The notes beneath the pieces are model-generated. The model saw only the letters and a program-made list of their open reading frames with translations, was not told where the DNA came from and ran no database searches. A stretch of 63,035 nt of DNA, counting the filler, from Collodictyon triciliatum (taxonomy: Eukaryota), in NCBI GenBank assembly GCA_043381765.1. It is 44 parts of 44 records of this genome, joined end to end, with 100 filler letters (N's around TTAATTAATTAA, not from the genome) between each part and the next. Parts side by side here need not be neighbours in the genome. Positions count along the whole stretch, not along the records: positions 24,484 to 25,817 come from JBHJMP010011388.1; positions 25,918 to 27,253 come from JBHJMP010011389.1; positions 27,354 to 28,689 come from JBHJMP010011390.1; positions 28,790 to 30,125 come from JBHJMP010011391.1; positions 30,226 to 31,560 come from JBHJMP010011392.1; positions 31,661 to 32,994 come from JBHJMP010011393.1; positions 33,095 to 34,428 come from JBHJMP010011394.1; positions 34,529 to 35,862 come from JBHJMP010011395.1; 36 more parts are not named here. The stretch is one strand, 5' to 3'. This document shows positions 25,468 through 38,453 of this stretch, piece by piece (within the stretch, counting starts at the first letter, position 1; every line of letters starts with the position of its first letter). A program made the position numbers and the translations under genes.

Positions 25468-25683
25468 GTGTGTAATGCCGATTGTTTTATTTCTTTCGTT
25501 TTTTATTGTTGTTTTTATTGTTTTTTATTGTTTTTTTATTGTTTTTTATGGTTTTTTGTTGTTTTTTTTATTGTTTTTTATTGTTGTTTTTTTTATTGTT
25601 TTTATTGTTTTTATTGTTTTTATTGTTTTTTTATTGTTTTTTTTATTGTTTTTTTTATTGTTTTTTTTATTGTTTTTTTTTTT

Positions 25684-25780
<97 letters not shown>

Positions 25781-26140
25781 TGTTTTTTTTTTATTGTTTT
25801 TTTTTATTGTTTTTTTTNNNNNNNNNNNNNNNNNNNNNNNNNNNNNNNNNNNNNNNNNNNNTTAATTAATTAANNNNNNNNNNNNNNNNNNNNNNNNNNN
25901 NNNNNNNNNNNNNNNNNTTTGTTTGTTTTTTTTGTTTGTTTTTTTTGTTTGTTTTTTTTTGTTTGTTTTTTTTTGTTTGTTTTTTTTGTTTGTTTTTTTT
26001 TGTTTGTTTTTTTGTTTGTTTTTTTGTTTGTTTTTTTGTTTGTATTTTTGTTTGTATTTTTGTTTGTATTTTTGTTTGTATTTTTGTTTGCAACAGGTTG
26101 GGGGGGATGGGGAATATTAGTAATCAAATAATGAACAAAC

Positions 26141-26935
26141 CCTGACTGAATCCAAATCTCCATCAAATTTTGCCTTTTCTGATTCACAAAAATTGACAAA
26201 GTTTGTCATTTCAACGAGCTCCTCCACATTCGCAGGAATTGACTGGAGTTTTATGTATACATTTTCACACTTTGAGGAGATAGATAGCAACAGCTCACGG
26301 GTTTCACCTACAGATTACAAACATTCTGATTCAGAATAGGGTCAGAAATATGCCATTTTACATATTTATCTATCAAGAAGATTTCCTATACACAATTAAT
26401 TTGAAGAAAATAAATGATAGAATGAGGTATTTGTACTTGAAAATAAATCTAATATCAAGACGGCTAAATCAACAGCCTTTTGCGAAAACTGAAATTTAAG
26501 GTCTTCTAGTTGAACTTTAATCATGGAATAGGTCATCTCATTCATGAACCTACATGATTGAGACAAAAAAAATAAAAGCAAGTTAGTATGAAGTATTATT
26601 ACTGATATTTATATAGTATACGCATTTACTTGTCAAGAATTTCTCGAGAGGTTTGGTAGTGCTTGTCAATCTCTTCTTTATATCTTTCAAGGGAAGGCTT
26701 TTGGTCAAGAAAATCGCGAGCATATGTTTCCCTATCCATGGTAAGTAAATACTCATATTCCTTGTATAGATTGGCCAGCACCCTAGGGCCCTCAAAGTTT
26801 TCCTCTATTTTAAGGTATTATTGCGTTTATCTCAGCCCATTTTCATATAAAATCTAGAATAATTAGTTAAGCATGGTTTGGGTTGTATAGGTATTTGGAG
26901 ACCGTCTACATAAATAGCGTTAGTCTTCAAACCTA
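26141..26935 (-). CDS. Axonemal dynein heavy chain-like, N-terminal tail exons
   Basis: PSLERYKEEIDKH / MIKVQLEDLKFQF / ISSKCENVYIKLQSIPANVEELVEMTNF resemble the inner-arm DNAH tail upstream of DHC_N2. Confidence 0.6.
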
Positions 26936-28186
26936 GAATTAAGTTGATTTTTCTTTTGCCCTCCAAATAAACGGTATCTGAGCGACTGACCACGGGTAAG
27001 AAATCCGGTGAGTCGGGTGCACGAAGACCACGAGTTGTTTCAATCTCATTTGTATTAAAAAAAATCTTAAAAAAATGGAGGCAAATTTTTATTGTTCAAA
27101 ATTCACTCTAAAGTATGGTATTGTAGTTGATTTCGATGTTTTTTGGAATGAAAATGTATGTATGTATGTATGTATGTATGTATGTATGTATGTATGTATG
27201 TATGTATGTATGTATGTATGTATGTATGTATGTATGTATGTATGTATGTATGTNNNNNNNNNNNNNNNNNNNNNNNNNNNNNNNNNNNNNNNNNNNNTTA
27301 ATTAATTAANNNNNNNNNNNNNNNNNNNNNNNNNNNNNNNNNNNNNNNNNNNNGGAGTGGATGAAACCGAGACGAACGGGTGGTGATTGTGATTCGAAGG
27401 ATTCGCAGATGATTCTGTATCTGCTTCTAAATGTGGGTTTTATGATATTAGCCCCATTTGGCTTTTTTGGTTTCGTGGAATCTGTCATAGACCCACTCGA
27501 ATGTCACCTCAACTTTGTGTGAGCCTTGAAAATGAGATCCTTGGTGGCATTATATAAACACTTGCACAGAAATAAGATTTAATACCGATGATTAATTAAT
27601 CTAACCCAACGCCAGATGCATAAGAAAATATAAAACCATTCGGCGGAGTGGATATGATTTCTTTTTCCTATATTAGATTCAAAGTACAGCAAGGTTATGC
27701 CATACAAAGGGGCGAGATAGGTGCGCATGGGAGAGCAAACGCGAGTAAGAGAAGACACTACTGTGGAGAGGATAGCACTGAAAAGAAATCAGTGATGGCG
27801 AGTTGGTCAGGTGGGTGTCCGAACTGATTGATTGGTTGCGTGGGTAGCAGGGGTTGGATATGCTGTGGGAGATATCGCACAGCACATTCCAAGCGGAGTG
27901 GATATGATATAACAAAATATAGCAGCAAAGCGATATTGTTATAGAGAAAAGAGAAAAAAAAAACAGAAACAAGCAAGGAATAGAGTACCGGACATATATC
28001 ATTAAGGCAAAAACGATAGAACGAAGATAGAATTAAGATGTACAAGAAGTTCTAATTATTTTTTTTTGGTTTATTCAACTGAATAGATTTAATTGTCGAA
28101 TGAGTCACACCATAATAGGTCATTGGACCAACTGGATGTAATTGCGCATGAAAGAGAAAGTTACTTTAGTTTCGGCTCACAGTAGT

Positions 28187-28689
28187 CTACTTACGACCTT
28201 GGCTTTGCGGCTTCTTGGACGACTCAGCTTTGGGTTTACTTGTCTCAATTTGTCTGGATGTGGCCAACAAAGTTACACCTTTCTTCATCTTCTGTTTTTT
28301 GTTTTCCTTCCCCTGCTCTTTCCCCTGCTCTTTCTCCTGCTCTTTCTCCTGCTCTTTCTCCTGCTCTTTCTCCAGCTCTTTCTTGTTGAGTTTTCTGATG
28401 GTTCTAGAGTGTTTAGCATACTCAAACATTCTTCCTCTATCAATGGCATCATTTACCAAAGAGCGGGTGTGTTCGCCGGCTTTCCAAAGAGTAAGCTGGT
28501 TTCCAACCATGATAAAGGAGTGTTGTGCCCTGGTGAGAGAAACATTGAGCCTTCTTCGGTCAGCCAAGAAGCCGATATTTCCTTCTTCATTCGATCGGGT
28601 AAAGGTGAGAATGCAAGTGTGGTATTCTTTGCCTTGGGAACTGTCAACTGTCTGCGCCAGTGGGGGAAGGTTATGTTTCTCCAGCGATT
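28187..28689 (-). CDS. SF1 UPF1/DNA2-NAM7-family helicase, C-terminus
   Basis: TVDSSQGKE..ILTFTRSN..IGFLADRRRLNVSLTRA..IMVGN (motifs V-VI), followed by a KEQE low-complexity tail. Confidence 0.92.
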
Positions 28690-28789
28690 NNNNNNNNNNN
28701 NNNNNNNNNNNNNNNNNNNNNNNNNNNNNNNNNTTAATTAATTAANNNNNNNNNNNNNNNNNNNNNNNNNNNNNNNNNNNNNNNNNNNN

Positions 28790-29076
28790 ATGAAAAATGA
28801 AAAATGAATAATGAAAAATGAAAAATGAAAAATGAAAAATGTAAAATGTAAAGTGTAAAATGTAAAATGTAAAATGTAAAATGTAAAATGTAAAATGTAA
28901 AATGTAAAATGTAAAATGTAAAATGAACAATGAACAATGAACAATGAAAAATGAAAAATGAAAAATGAAAAATGAAAAATGAAAAATGAAAAATGAAAAA
29001 TGAAAAATGAAAAATGAAAAATGAAAAATGAAAAATGAAAAATGAAAAATGAAAAATGAAAAATGAAAAATGAAAA
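28790..29076. repeat. Compound microsatellite (TGAAAAA/TGTAAAA/TGAACAA)n; representative of dozens of SSR tracts at contig ends
   Basis: Direct reading; similar tracts with units of 1-14 bp occur at one or both ends of most contigs. Confidence 0.95.
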
Positions 29077-30035
29077 AAAGAAAATACGAGTTGTATGCAA
29101 CTGGTGTGAGTTGAGAGGCATGCTATCGGGTAATCTTTATTTCTTTCATTTGATGCTTTGAGAAAGGGATGAACTCAATTACCTCGCCGAGAGTGCGTGT
29201 GTTGTGCTGGGTGGGATATGAAGAAAACAATGGCATTGCCATAGATACAAAAATGAACCACTAAAACGCTATTCGCAGGCAAGGAAAGCGAGATTATCGA
29301 TTGCCAACTGATGCGAATTCCAAGTGAGCTGACTATAAGTGTTTTGTATTCCTTGTACTGTCGCATTAGATTATCCTCCGTTGTTTTGCGAACTTCATCG
29401 CCCAACTTCTAGCTGGGGCACATTAAATCACTATTGCATTCAAAGCACCAGCCGTCGTCTCTCGGCCACCAAACCTCTGCCAACCAAGAAGCTAGACAAA
29501 TAAACTCTTGTATTCCCGCAATTTGGAGGGAGCCTCAGCGTTGTAAAAAGAAGACACATCGGGATGACTAACTCTTTGGCTTGAAGCGCATACGCCATCT
29601 GGTGTGTTTCGCAAGTCGGCTCGGTGAGGGGCATCGTTTTGGGTGATACAGACGTAAAGATGCCTCAGAATCGTGGTGGTGGCAAGCAGAGTTTTCTTGT
29701 TGCGAACATCGAATCAGACACCTATGCTTTTGCCTCGTCACACACAAGCGCTATGCGCATCAGAATCATCAATCAGGTGTTGCAAAGGAACCAGCAATCG
29801 CAGACAAGCGTCACAAGAATCTTCGCCACAACACCACACAAGATATTGCCTTTTGTTTTGTGGCGCATTGACAGAGTAGGTTGTTCTTGTCATAGTCGAT
29901 TTTTTCTTCCGATCGAAAATGTCAAATATTCTAAGCTTTGCATAAATCAAAAACAATAAATAAAAAAACAATAAAAAACAATAAAAAAACAATAAAAAAA
30001 CAATAAAAAAACAATAAAAAAAAAATAAAAAAAAA

Positions 30036-30125
<90 letters not shown>

Positions 30126-30225
30126 NNNNNNNNNNNNNNNNNNNNNNNNNNNNNNNNNNNNNNNNNNNNTTAATTAATTAANNNNNNNNNNNNNNNNNNN
30201 NNNNNNNNNNNNNNNNNNNNNNNNN

Positions 30226-30426
30226 GGATAAACTGCCCCTCATTCGGGCAACGCCTTCGTACATTAAGTGCCGGGATAAGGCTGTATGCAAACTTCGGTA
30301 ACGCTAAGCCTGGGTGATCAGGGTTATCCGTTTATTCGAGTTTCGTACCCTTTCTTTCCGTCCTCATTAAAGGCGGGCGGCTTCGGCAACCGCTCGCCTT
30401 GCACGCGCGACACAATTTTTTTTTTT
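30226..30426 (+). ncRNA. Candidate structured RNA of unknown family (5' end probably cut by contig edge)
   Basis: Nested stems, two C(UUCG)G loops, one GUGA loop, an 11-bp terminal hairpin and T11; no family recognised. Confidence 0.35.
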
Positions 30427-30577
30427 CCACAGCCGGTCGGTCGCCAAGTAGTGTCGAGTCTCGAGTCGAGTCGACCTGCAACTGTCGTCTGTAACACGCA
30501 ACCACTCGCACAAGCAACGCAACGTGGACCCACGAGCACACCTGCACGCACGAGCACGCTCACACACGTACACACAT

Positions 30578-31558
30578 GAAGTCTGCTTCACACAAGACCC
30601 GCAAAGGCTCTCCACTATGCCGAACGTCGACGAAGTCTGCCTCACACACAACCCACAAAGGATCTCCACTATGCCGGGATATGACGCAGTCTGCTCTACA
30701 CAAGACCCACAAAGGCTCTCCACTATGCCGGAATACTACGAAGTCTGCTTCACACAATACCCGCGAAGGCTCTGCACTATGCCGAACGTCGACGAAGTCT
30801 GCCTCACACACAACCCACAAAGGATCTCTACTATGCCGAACGACGACGAAGTCTGCATCGCACAAGACCCACAAAGGTGCTCCGCTATGCCGAACGTCGA
30901 CGAAGTCTGCTCCACACAAGACCCGCAAAGGATCTCCACTATTCCGAACGTCGACGAAGTCTGCCTCACACAAGACCCGCGAAGGCTCTCCGCTATGCCG
31001 AACGTCGACGAAGTCTGCTTCACACAAGACCCGCAAAGGATCTGCACTATGCCGAACGTCGACGAAGTCTGCTTCACATTCAAGACCCGCAAAGGCTCTC
31101 CACTATGCCGAACGTCGACACAGTCTGCTCCACACAAGACCCAGGAAGGCCCTCCACTATGTTGGGATGAGACGAAGTCTGCTCCACATAAGACCCGCAA
31201 AGGCTCTCCACTATGCCGGACGTCGACGAAGTCTGCCTCACATAAGACCCACAAAGGCTCTCCACTATGCCGGAATATGACGAAGTCTGCCTCACACTAG
31301 ACCCGCAAAGACTCTCCATTATGCCCGAACGTCGACGAAGACTGCTTCACACAAGACTCACAAAGGCTCCCACTATGCCGAACGTCGACGAAGACTGCTT
31401 CACACAAGACCCGCAAAGGATCTCCACTATGCCGGAATACGACGCAGTCTGCTTCACACAAGACCCTCAAAGGCTGTGCACTATGCCGAACGTCGACGCA
31501 GTCTGCCTCACACACGCAAGACCCACGAAGTCTCTCCTCTATGCCGGACGTCGACGAA
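30578..31558. repeat. GC-rich 54-bp tandem repeat array (copy 2, reverse orientation to copy 1)
   Basis: Unit GAAGTCTGCTTCACACAAGACCCGCAAAGGCTCTCCACTATGCCGAACGTCGAC, about 18 copies. Confidence 0.97.
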
Positions 31559-31660
31559 TTNNNNNNNNNNNNNNNNNNNNNNNNNNNNNNNNNNNNNNNN
31601 NNNNTTAATTAATTAANNNNNNNNNNNNNNNNNNNNNNNNNNNNNNNNNNNNNNNNNNNN

Positions 31661-31727
<67 letters not shown>

Positions 31728-31851
31728 GTGAGAGAGAGAGAGTGAGTGAGAGAGAGTGAGTGAGAGAGAGTGAGTGAGAGTGAGTGAGAGAGTGAGAGAG
31801 TGAGAGAGTAACACCCAGCGAACAAGAAAGCACGCACAACCGTGTGGCCGC

Positions 31852-32880
31852 TCAGGACAAAAACACGACTACAGCGGTGATGTTGTCTGTGCTGCCGAGT
31901 TGGTAGGCCAAGTCTCGCAGTCGGCACGCTGCGGCCGTGGCTGAGCGCGCAGGCTTGCGGAATTCGAGCAGGACCTGGTCCACAACCTGCTGGTTGGTCA
32001 TCACGTCAAAGAGCCCGTCGCACGCAATCACCAGGAACTGGTCGCGTGATCGGCTGATGAGGATGCTCACGAGGTACGGCTCTGCAGTGACGACCGAGCT
32101 GAGGCGCAGGTCCCCGAACGCACGCGACACTAGAGCATAGCAAAATGCGCGTCAGAGAAGCAAAAAAAAATTAGATCTATGTTCATGTGAAGAAGGAAGG
32201 AAGAAAATAATAGACAGAGAAGACAGGGCATCCACTATTCGTATTGCTTCGATGTGTAATGTGATTAACGAGCGAGCATGAAATCATTTTACAAGAACGA
32301 ACTCTTCGCCTCTGCCTCTTTCTCTTTCTCTTTTTCAATTTCTTTTTCTTCTTTCTCTGGTCATTGTGTATTGCAATATATTTCGGTTAAGTTGCTCTGC
32401 AAAGAAAGAGACCTGAAAGCTCGTTGTTTACGCGCAGCGAAGGAGAGACAAAGCCACCTGCCTTCTTGATTCGGTCCCCCTCGGAGCCGATGTGCGGCCG
32501 GTGGTCAATCTGTTGCATAAGGAAACGAATTAGGGCGTGAATTATCAATAAATAGATAAATGTGTATATTGGGGTGAGACTTACGCTGAGTTGCACAGCT
32601 ATATTGTCTCTGCACAGTACCACACGACTGTCTCCTGCGTTTGCAACGTGAAGCCTGCGCAGAATGGTTCAAGAGGCAAAGATTAGCAAGGTAAATCAAA
32701 CAATTAGTAAATCAGCAGTCGAAGGCTGATATGGTAAATGTGGTAGAAGCTACAGTATTCATTTATATAAAAAAGAATATTAAAGGTTGTTTTTCGGTAA
32801 ACCGTTTCTTTCGAATGTATGCCACGGCAGCAGTGGAGCCAATTACGTCTCCGACTTGTTTGATTTCTTCGCAGAGGTCT
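31852..32880 (-). CDS. PP2C/PPM phosphatase, 3' exons
   Basis: GSTAAVAY / LHVANAGDSRVVL / DHRP..RIKKAGG..RVN / VSRAFGD..FLVIACDGLFDV..GSTDNITAVVV. Confidence 0.96.
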
Positions 32881-33234
32881 TTATTTACCTATTTTGTTTG
32901 TTTGTTTGTTTGTTTGTTTGTTTGTTTGTTTGTTTGTTTGTTTGTTTGTTTGTTTGTTTGTTTGTTTGTTTGTTTGTTTGTTTGTTTGTTTGGANNNNNN
33001 NNNNNNNNNNNNNNNNNNNNNNNNNNNNNNNNNNNNNNTTAATTAATTAANNNNNNNNNNNNNNNNNNNNNNNNNNNNNNNNNNNNNNNNNNNNAGAAAT
33101 AGAAATAGAAATAGAAAAAGAAAAAGAAAAAGAAAAAGAAAAAGAAAAAGAAAAAGAAAAAGAAAAAGAAAAAGAAAAAGAAAAAGAAAAAGAAAAAGAA
33201 AAAGAAAAAGAAAAAGAAAAGCCTATGGACAAAC

Positions 33235-34140
33235 TTCTCCGAATGATCCGTTGGCCACTTTGTCTTGAATTTTGACAGAGACAGGCTTGATTTCGATGGT
33301 ATCCTCGTCTTGCTTATCTTCATCATCCTACCAATATGGTTCGTTAGTTCTTCATTATATAAACATCCTTTGCAGACTAAAATTAAGCTTTAGAAAGAAA
33401 GGTCAGAAGGCGCTTTTAAGCCGCGTGTGTTACCATTTTGTACACTGAAAACGATATCCTTAGTTCTGCATCGCGTGAAAACATATTAGAGGCAGCCGTG
33501 ATAGTGTACCACCTATCTTGCGAAACGATTCCACTTAAAGAATCAGAAGTCACCACACATTCTCCGATCTTTTCTTCCCCACGAACCTATAGTAGTACAA
33601 ATTCGATATAACATTTGACATAAATGCTTTCTTCCTTCCTTTTTTTTTCTTTAAAAAACAAACAAAAAAAAAAAAGAATTCTAGGATAGAAAATAATAAT
33701 AGTCAGCATACCGGGTGGCTATTGTATATAGAGAAGTGGAAGTTGTCGTTAGATTCCAGGGACGGACTACAGCAAGATAAGAATAAAATAGAAAAGAAAG
33801 TTATTTTGATCACTGAGAGGAAAATAATTGCTCAAAAAAAGAAGAAAGAGATGAAGGAGCATTAAACGTGAGCGTTAGCTGCACCTGTGTCTTTCCTGTC
33901 ATAAACGAGATTACAAATTAATGTGTGTTTTACATACAAAGAAAACATCTCTTTCCAAACTGGTAGAATGGTATTTTGAGCTATTCCAGTTTTGTACGAC
34001 ACTCGTCCATACTTGATAACGACATATGTATCGAGGACACCTGTATTAAGCATTATCAGGCGATGAAATAAATACACTGCACGTCTACCGACCCATATAT
34101 GATATCTCTTATTTAATAGCATAGAAAATTCACCATGGAT
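33235..34140 (-). CDS. C2-domain protein, internal exons
   Basis: DTYVVIKYG..YKTGIAQNTILPVWKEMF, EKIGECVV..QDRWYTI. Confidence 0.8.
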
Positions 34141-34545
34141 ATCCCCGGTGTGAATGTTTCGTGCCTCGATAACTAAAGAAAATGAAGGTTATATAATTAA
34201 AAAAAACTTTGAATCGAATAAAGGAAAAAAACAAAAAACAAAAAACAAAAAACAAAAAACAAAAAACAAAAAACAAAAAACAAAAAACAAAAAACAAAAA
34301 ACAAAAAACAAAAAACAAAAAACAAAACAACAAACAAAACAACTAACAAAACAACAAACAAAAAACAGAATTTGGTATAAAATTACATCCGTATATTTAC
34401 GGGAAATATGTTGTGCATATATTTTTTTNNNNNNNNNNNNNNNNNNNNNNNNNNNNNNNNNNNNNNNNNNNNTTAATTAATTAANNNNNNNNNNNNNNNN
34501 NNNNNNNNNNNNNNNNNNNNNNNNNNNNAAAAAAAAAAAAATAAT

Positions 34546-34584
<39 letters not shown>

Positions 34585-34704
34585 AAACAAAAACAACTTC
34601 GAATCGAATGAAGGAAAAGAAAGCGAATAAATACGACCAATAATGTTTCGCAAAGTTTGCAATTCAAAAGCGATGAAAAATTAAAGACGTGTTAATATTG
34701 CTCA

Positions 34705-34873
34705 CACGATCTTCTTCCATGTCGATTTTATTTCCGACTAATATGACTTTTGCTTTCTCAGTCGCCATGGTTTTGATGTCGTTCATCCATTTTCTTGTTC
34801 CTAGAAGAAATCGGTTGAATGTTTGGTTGGTTTAATGTGGGCGCGTTAGCAAAATGAAAATTTTTTTTTTTAT

Positions 34874-34952
<79 letters not shown>

Positions 34953-35706
34953 TCTGTTTACTGATACGATAATTTCAATATTTTGGGGCTCGATGGGTAC
35001 CTTTGAAGGATTCTGAGCTTGTAACATCATATACTAGAACAAATCCATCAGCACCGCGATAATATGCTGGTAAAAATAAGTATAGAGGTATAAAAAAATC
35101 GAAAAAATCATGACATAATATTGGTATGATAATCATTCGTGGCGATTAATTAAAAAATAAATAAATCGGATGGGTCAGTGGTAGTCTCCACACCTTTCAA
35201 TCTACACGCAATCACATCATCGAACTTCTTTGCATATTCAAATACAAAGTACACATAAATCCATATTTCAATTTGAGTAAATCGATGCGATGCAATAAAG
35301 AAAAAAAAACATCACAAAACATACATTGTGTTATTGCATTGAAACGCTCCTGCCCAGCAGTATCCCATATCTGAATCTTTACTTTTTTCCCGGATATGTC
35401 TTCCGTCCTGAACTGAAAATCGATCCTATTTTATTGAATATTTCAAGTGAGAACATTTGAAAAACAGTAAAGAAGTAACTTTACTTTGCTATTGGGCCAT
35501 CGTAAATCAGTTAACAACCATAGATTCGATGATTGCTTCATAGGTTGATTAATTAATTTAAAGTGGCATGAATTAAAACCAACGAGATAAATTAATATAT
35601 GTACGGTTAACAAGACTCTACTTCATGACTTACCCAAGGGTAGTTATGTGAGTAGGGTTAAATGAATCTGTTGCAAAACGACTCATCAACGAGCTCTTTC
35701 CAACCC
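34705..35706 (-). CDS. Rab GTPase (Rab1/Rab8-related), 4 internal exons
   Basis: [46 protein letters not shown]. Confidence 0.96.
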
Positions 35707-36154
35707 CTACGAAGATGCATTCAAAAATTTTTAAAAAAAAGTTATCAATCAATGAAATAGAATAAAATAGAATAAAAAATAGAATAAAAAATAGAATAAA
35801 AAATAGAATAAAAAATAGAATAAAAAATAGAATAAAAAATAGAATAAAAAACAGAATAAAAANNNNNNNNNNNNNNNNNNNNNNNNNNNNNNNNNNNNNN
35901 NNNNNNTTAATTAATTAANNNNNNNNNNNNNNNNNNNNNNNNNNNNNNNNNNNNNNNNNNNNAAAAAAAGAGAAAAAAAAAGAGAAAAAAAAAGAGAAAA
36001 AAAAAGAGAAAAAAAAGAGAAAAAAAAAGAGAAAAAAAAGAGAAAAAAAGAGAAAAAAAAGAGAAAAAAAAGAGAAAAAAAGAGAAAAAAAGAGAAAAAA
36101 GAGAAAAAAGAGAAATAAGAGAGAAAAGAAGTTTAAATGCGAAGCAATCCATCA

Positions 36155-37017
36155 CCCCAGCAACAAAAGTTCCATGCCCAACCGTGTCTTCATTTACATT
36201 ATCATCTGTCCAGTCAGTTCTTTCCAATACGTTTTTGAAGTTTGGGTGAAAAGAGTTCATTCCTGTATCGAATACAGCAACTCGAACACCCTTTCCTATT
36301 TGTTTATTGCACAATAGTTGATACTATATATACGTCATATCGACTCTTTTCTTTTTTTCAAGCACAAGTAATGATTGATGTATATGTTATTATTGATTAT
36401 TCTATACCAGTGATTCCAGCATCCCACAATTTACTTGCTTGATACTCTTCTGCCGGTTGAATATTTTTCTCAAACCGGGGTATCACTCCAAGAACTTGAC
36501 GACGATTAACCACTTCTGAATGCTCCGGATGCCCGAGACCGATGGAAAACGATGTTGATCTCCTGTATTGAAAGCCCCGTTGAATTATTAGTTATAAGAC
36601 TTTCAATTTCAAAGAAGAATACTAATAAAAATTGTAAGAAGAATACAAAGTTAAATTTTAATTGATTTTCATAGCAACACTGCTGCCAGTTCTAATTATA
36701 TAGTTCCTGAGAAATATGCGATAAAGAAAAATAATTGAGATTAGATATGGAATTAACGATTCACATCACCTTCCTTCCTGAAGATTTGTTTGGTTGTGCC
36801 AGGATGAGCCGAGGTAGAACTGAGTATTTGATGTCATCCAATCGTTCTGGTCTTCAATCTCAATTTTAGAGCTGGGTTCGCGACCAAATTGAGTATGCAA
36901 GGGGTTATCAAGTGGCTTTCTAGTCTGCAAAGGTTGGTCTACAGAAACACATCGTATTTCTGATTGCTTTTGCATGTTTTCAATCACTTTCTGTGTAGAT
37001 GTATTTCTTTCGTGCAA
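36155..37017 (-). CDS. MBTPS1: Site-1 protease (SKI-1) subtilase, internal exons
   Basis: [48 protein letters not shown], with catalytic D and H. Confidence 0.92.
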
Positions 37018-37667
37018 CTACATATCCAAGTGGTAGTGTCAAACAATATGAAGGTGGTAAGCATTACTACATATATGAGACACAATTTGAACATTAGCTA
37101 TTTTTGAACAACTAAAATTAAATCTATTGTGATCGATAAAATTGAATAAAAATTGTGAGTGGAAAACATGGTACGATCAGATTAGCGAAAAAGAATAATA
37201 AAACAAAACAAAACAAAACAAAACAAAACAAAACAAAACAAAACAAAACAAAACAAAACAAAACAAAACAAAACAAAACAAAACAAAACAAAACANNNNN
37301 NNNNNNNNNNNNNNNNNNNNNNNNNNNNNNNNNNNNNNNTTAATTAATTAANNNNNNNNNNNNNNNNNNNNNNNNNNNNNNNNNNNNNNNNNNNNAGAAA
37401 AAGGAAAAAGGAAAAATGAAAAAATGAAAGAATGAAAGAATGAAAGAATGAAAGAATGAAAGAATGAAAGAATGAAAGAATGAAAGAATGAAAGAATGAA
37501 AGAATGAAAGAATGAAAGAATGAAAAAGGAAAAAGGGAAAAAGGAAAAAGAAAAAGGAAAAAGGGAAAAAGGAAAAAGAAAAAGGAAAAAGGGAAAAAGG
37601 AAAAAGAAAAAAATGGGTGACATATAGATATTATATACATTAAATTTCCTTTATTTTACAGAGCAGT

Positions 37668-37740
37668 AGGGCTGTGGCCTAATGGATAAGGCGCTTGCCT
37701 CCGGAGCAAGAGACTCTGGGTTCGAGTCCCAGCTGCCCTG
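37668..37740 (+). tRNA. tRNA-Arg (anticodon CCG)
   Basis: Cloverleaf: GCCT/AGGC D stem, CTTGC/GCAAG anticodon stem around CT-CCG-GA, CTGGG-TTCGAGT-CCCAG T arm; T6 terminator just downstream. Confidence 0.95.
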
Positions 37741-37887
37741 GCCAACATTTTTTGGCTACAAGACAAGACCGCCTGACGCTTCGCCTTTCAACACGCAAGA
37801 CTTGTGTTCTTTCCTCCTCAACTACATTTTTTTTTAACTGCGCCCTATGCTTCTAATTCTTACCTTTCAGAGAAGATCGAGGAGACG

Positions 37888-38453
37888 ATGTTTGCCCGGA
37901 TGCGTGAGAAGGTTTCGAAGAAGAAGCGGCGCTACCAACAGGACGGCTTCGACCTCGACTTGACTTGTTGGGCTCCTTCTATTTATTTGTTCCTTTTTTT
38001 TTTCTTTATTTTTTTCTCCAGCTGGCTTCGCTTTTATTATCCGCACCTAGAGAACCTTACAATCTTGTTTAGACATCGAATGTTTATGTCCTTTATTGAT
38101 TTTGAGCTTCTTTTTTTTTAATCCTTTCTCGTTAATTGTCGTCGCTCTAGATATTACAGACCGAATTATCGTCATGGGATTTCCATGCGAAGGAATCCAG
38201 CAGTATTATCGGAATTCTATGCAAGAAATTCAAAGGTATTACAGAACCACTCATCCAAGATAAGATTCAGAGGGAAAATTCACCCACCCATCCATCATCT
38301 AGAGCCATAAAGCTTCTCTCTCATTCGTGGTCAGTCTTACTCATTCGACAAAGTCGCTTTTTCCTCTCACACCCCTATTTATACCTATTTTACTTCACTA
38401 TATTTTAGGTTCTTCGAGACAAAGCATCCCAATCACTACAAAGTTTATAATCT
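37888..38453 (+). CDS. PTEN: PTEN-family phosphatase, first three coding exons
   Basis: VSKKKRRYQQDGFDLDLT|YITDRIIVMGFP..YYRN..|FFETKHPNHYKVYNL. Confidence 0.92.

Noticed and set aside
25201-25873. Poly-F/poly-K and dipeptide-repeat ORFs here and throughout the ORF track
   Set aside because: Translations of intronic microsatellites and homopolymers.
30226-30353. 5S rRNA or LSU 3' end
   Set aside because: Only scattered short matches (TTAAG, GGGTGA); conserved 5S and LSU blocks and their spacing are absent.
30578-31558. CRISPR-like or hammerhead-satellite interpretation of the array
   Set aside because: No unique spacers, no cas genes, and no CTGANGA/GAAA core in either orientation.
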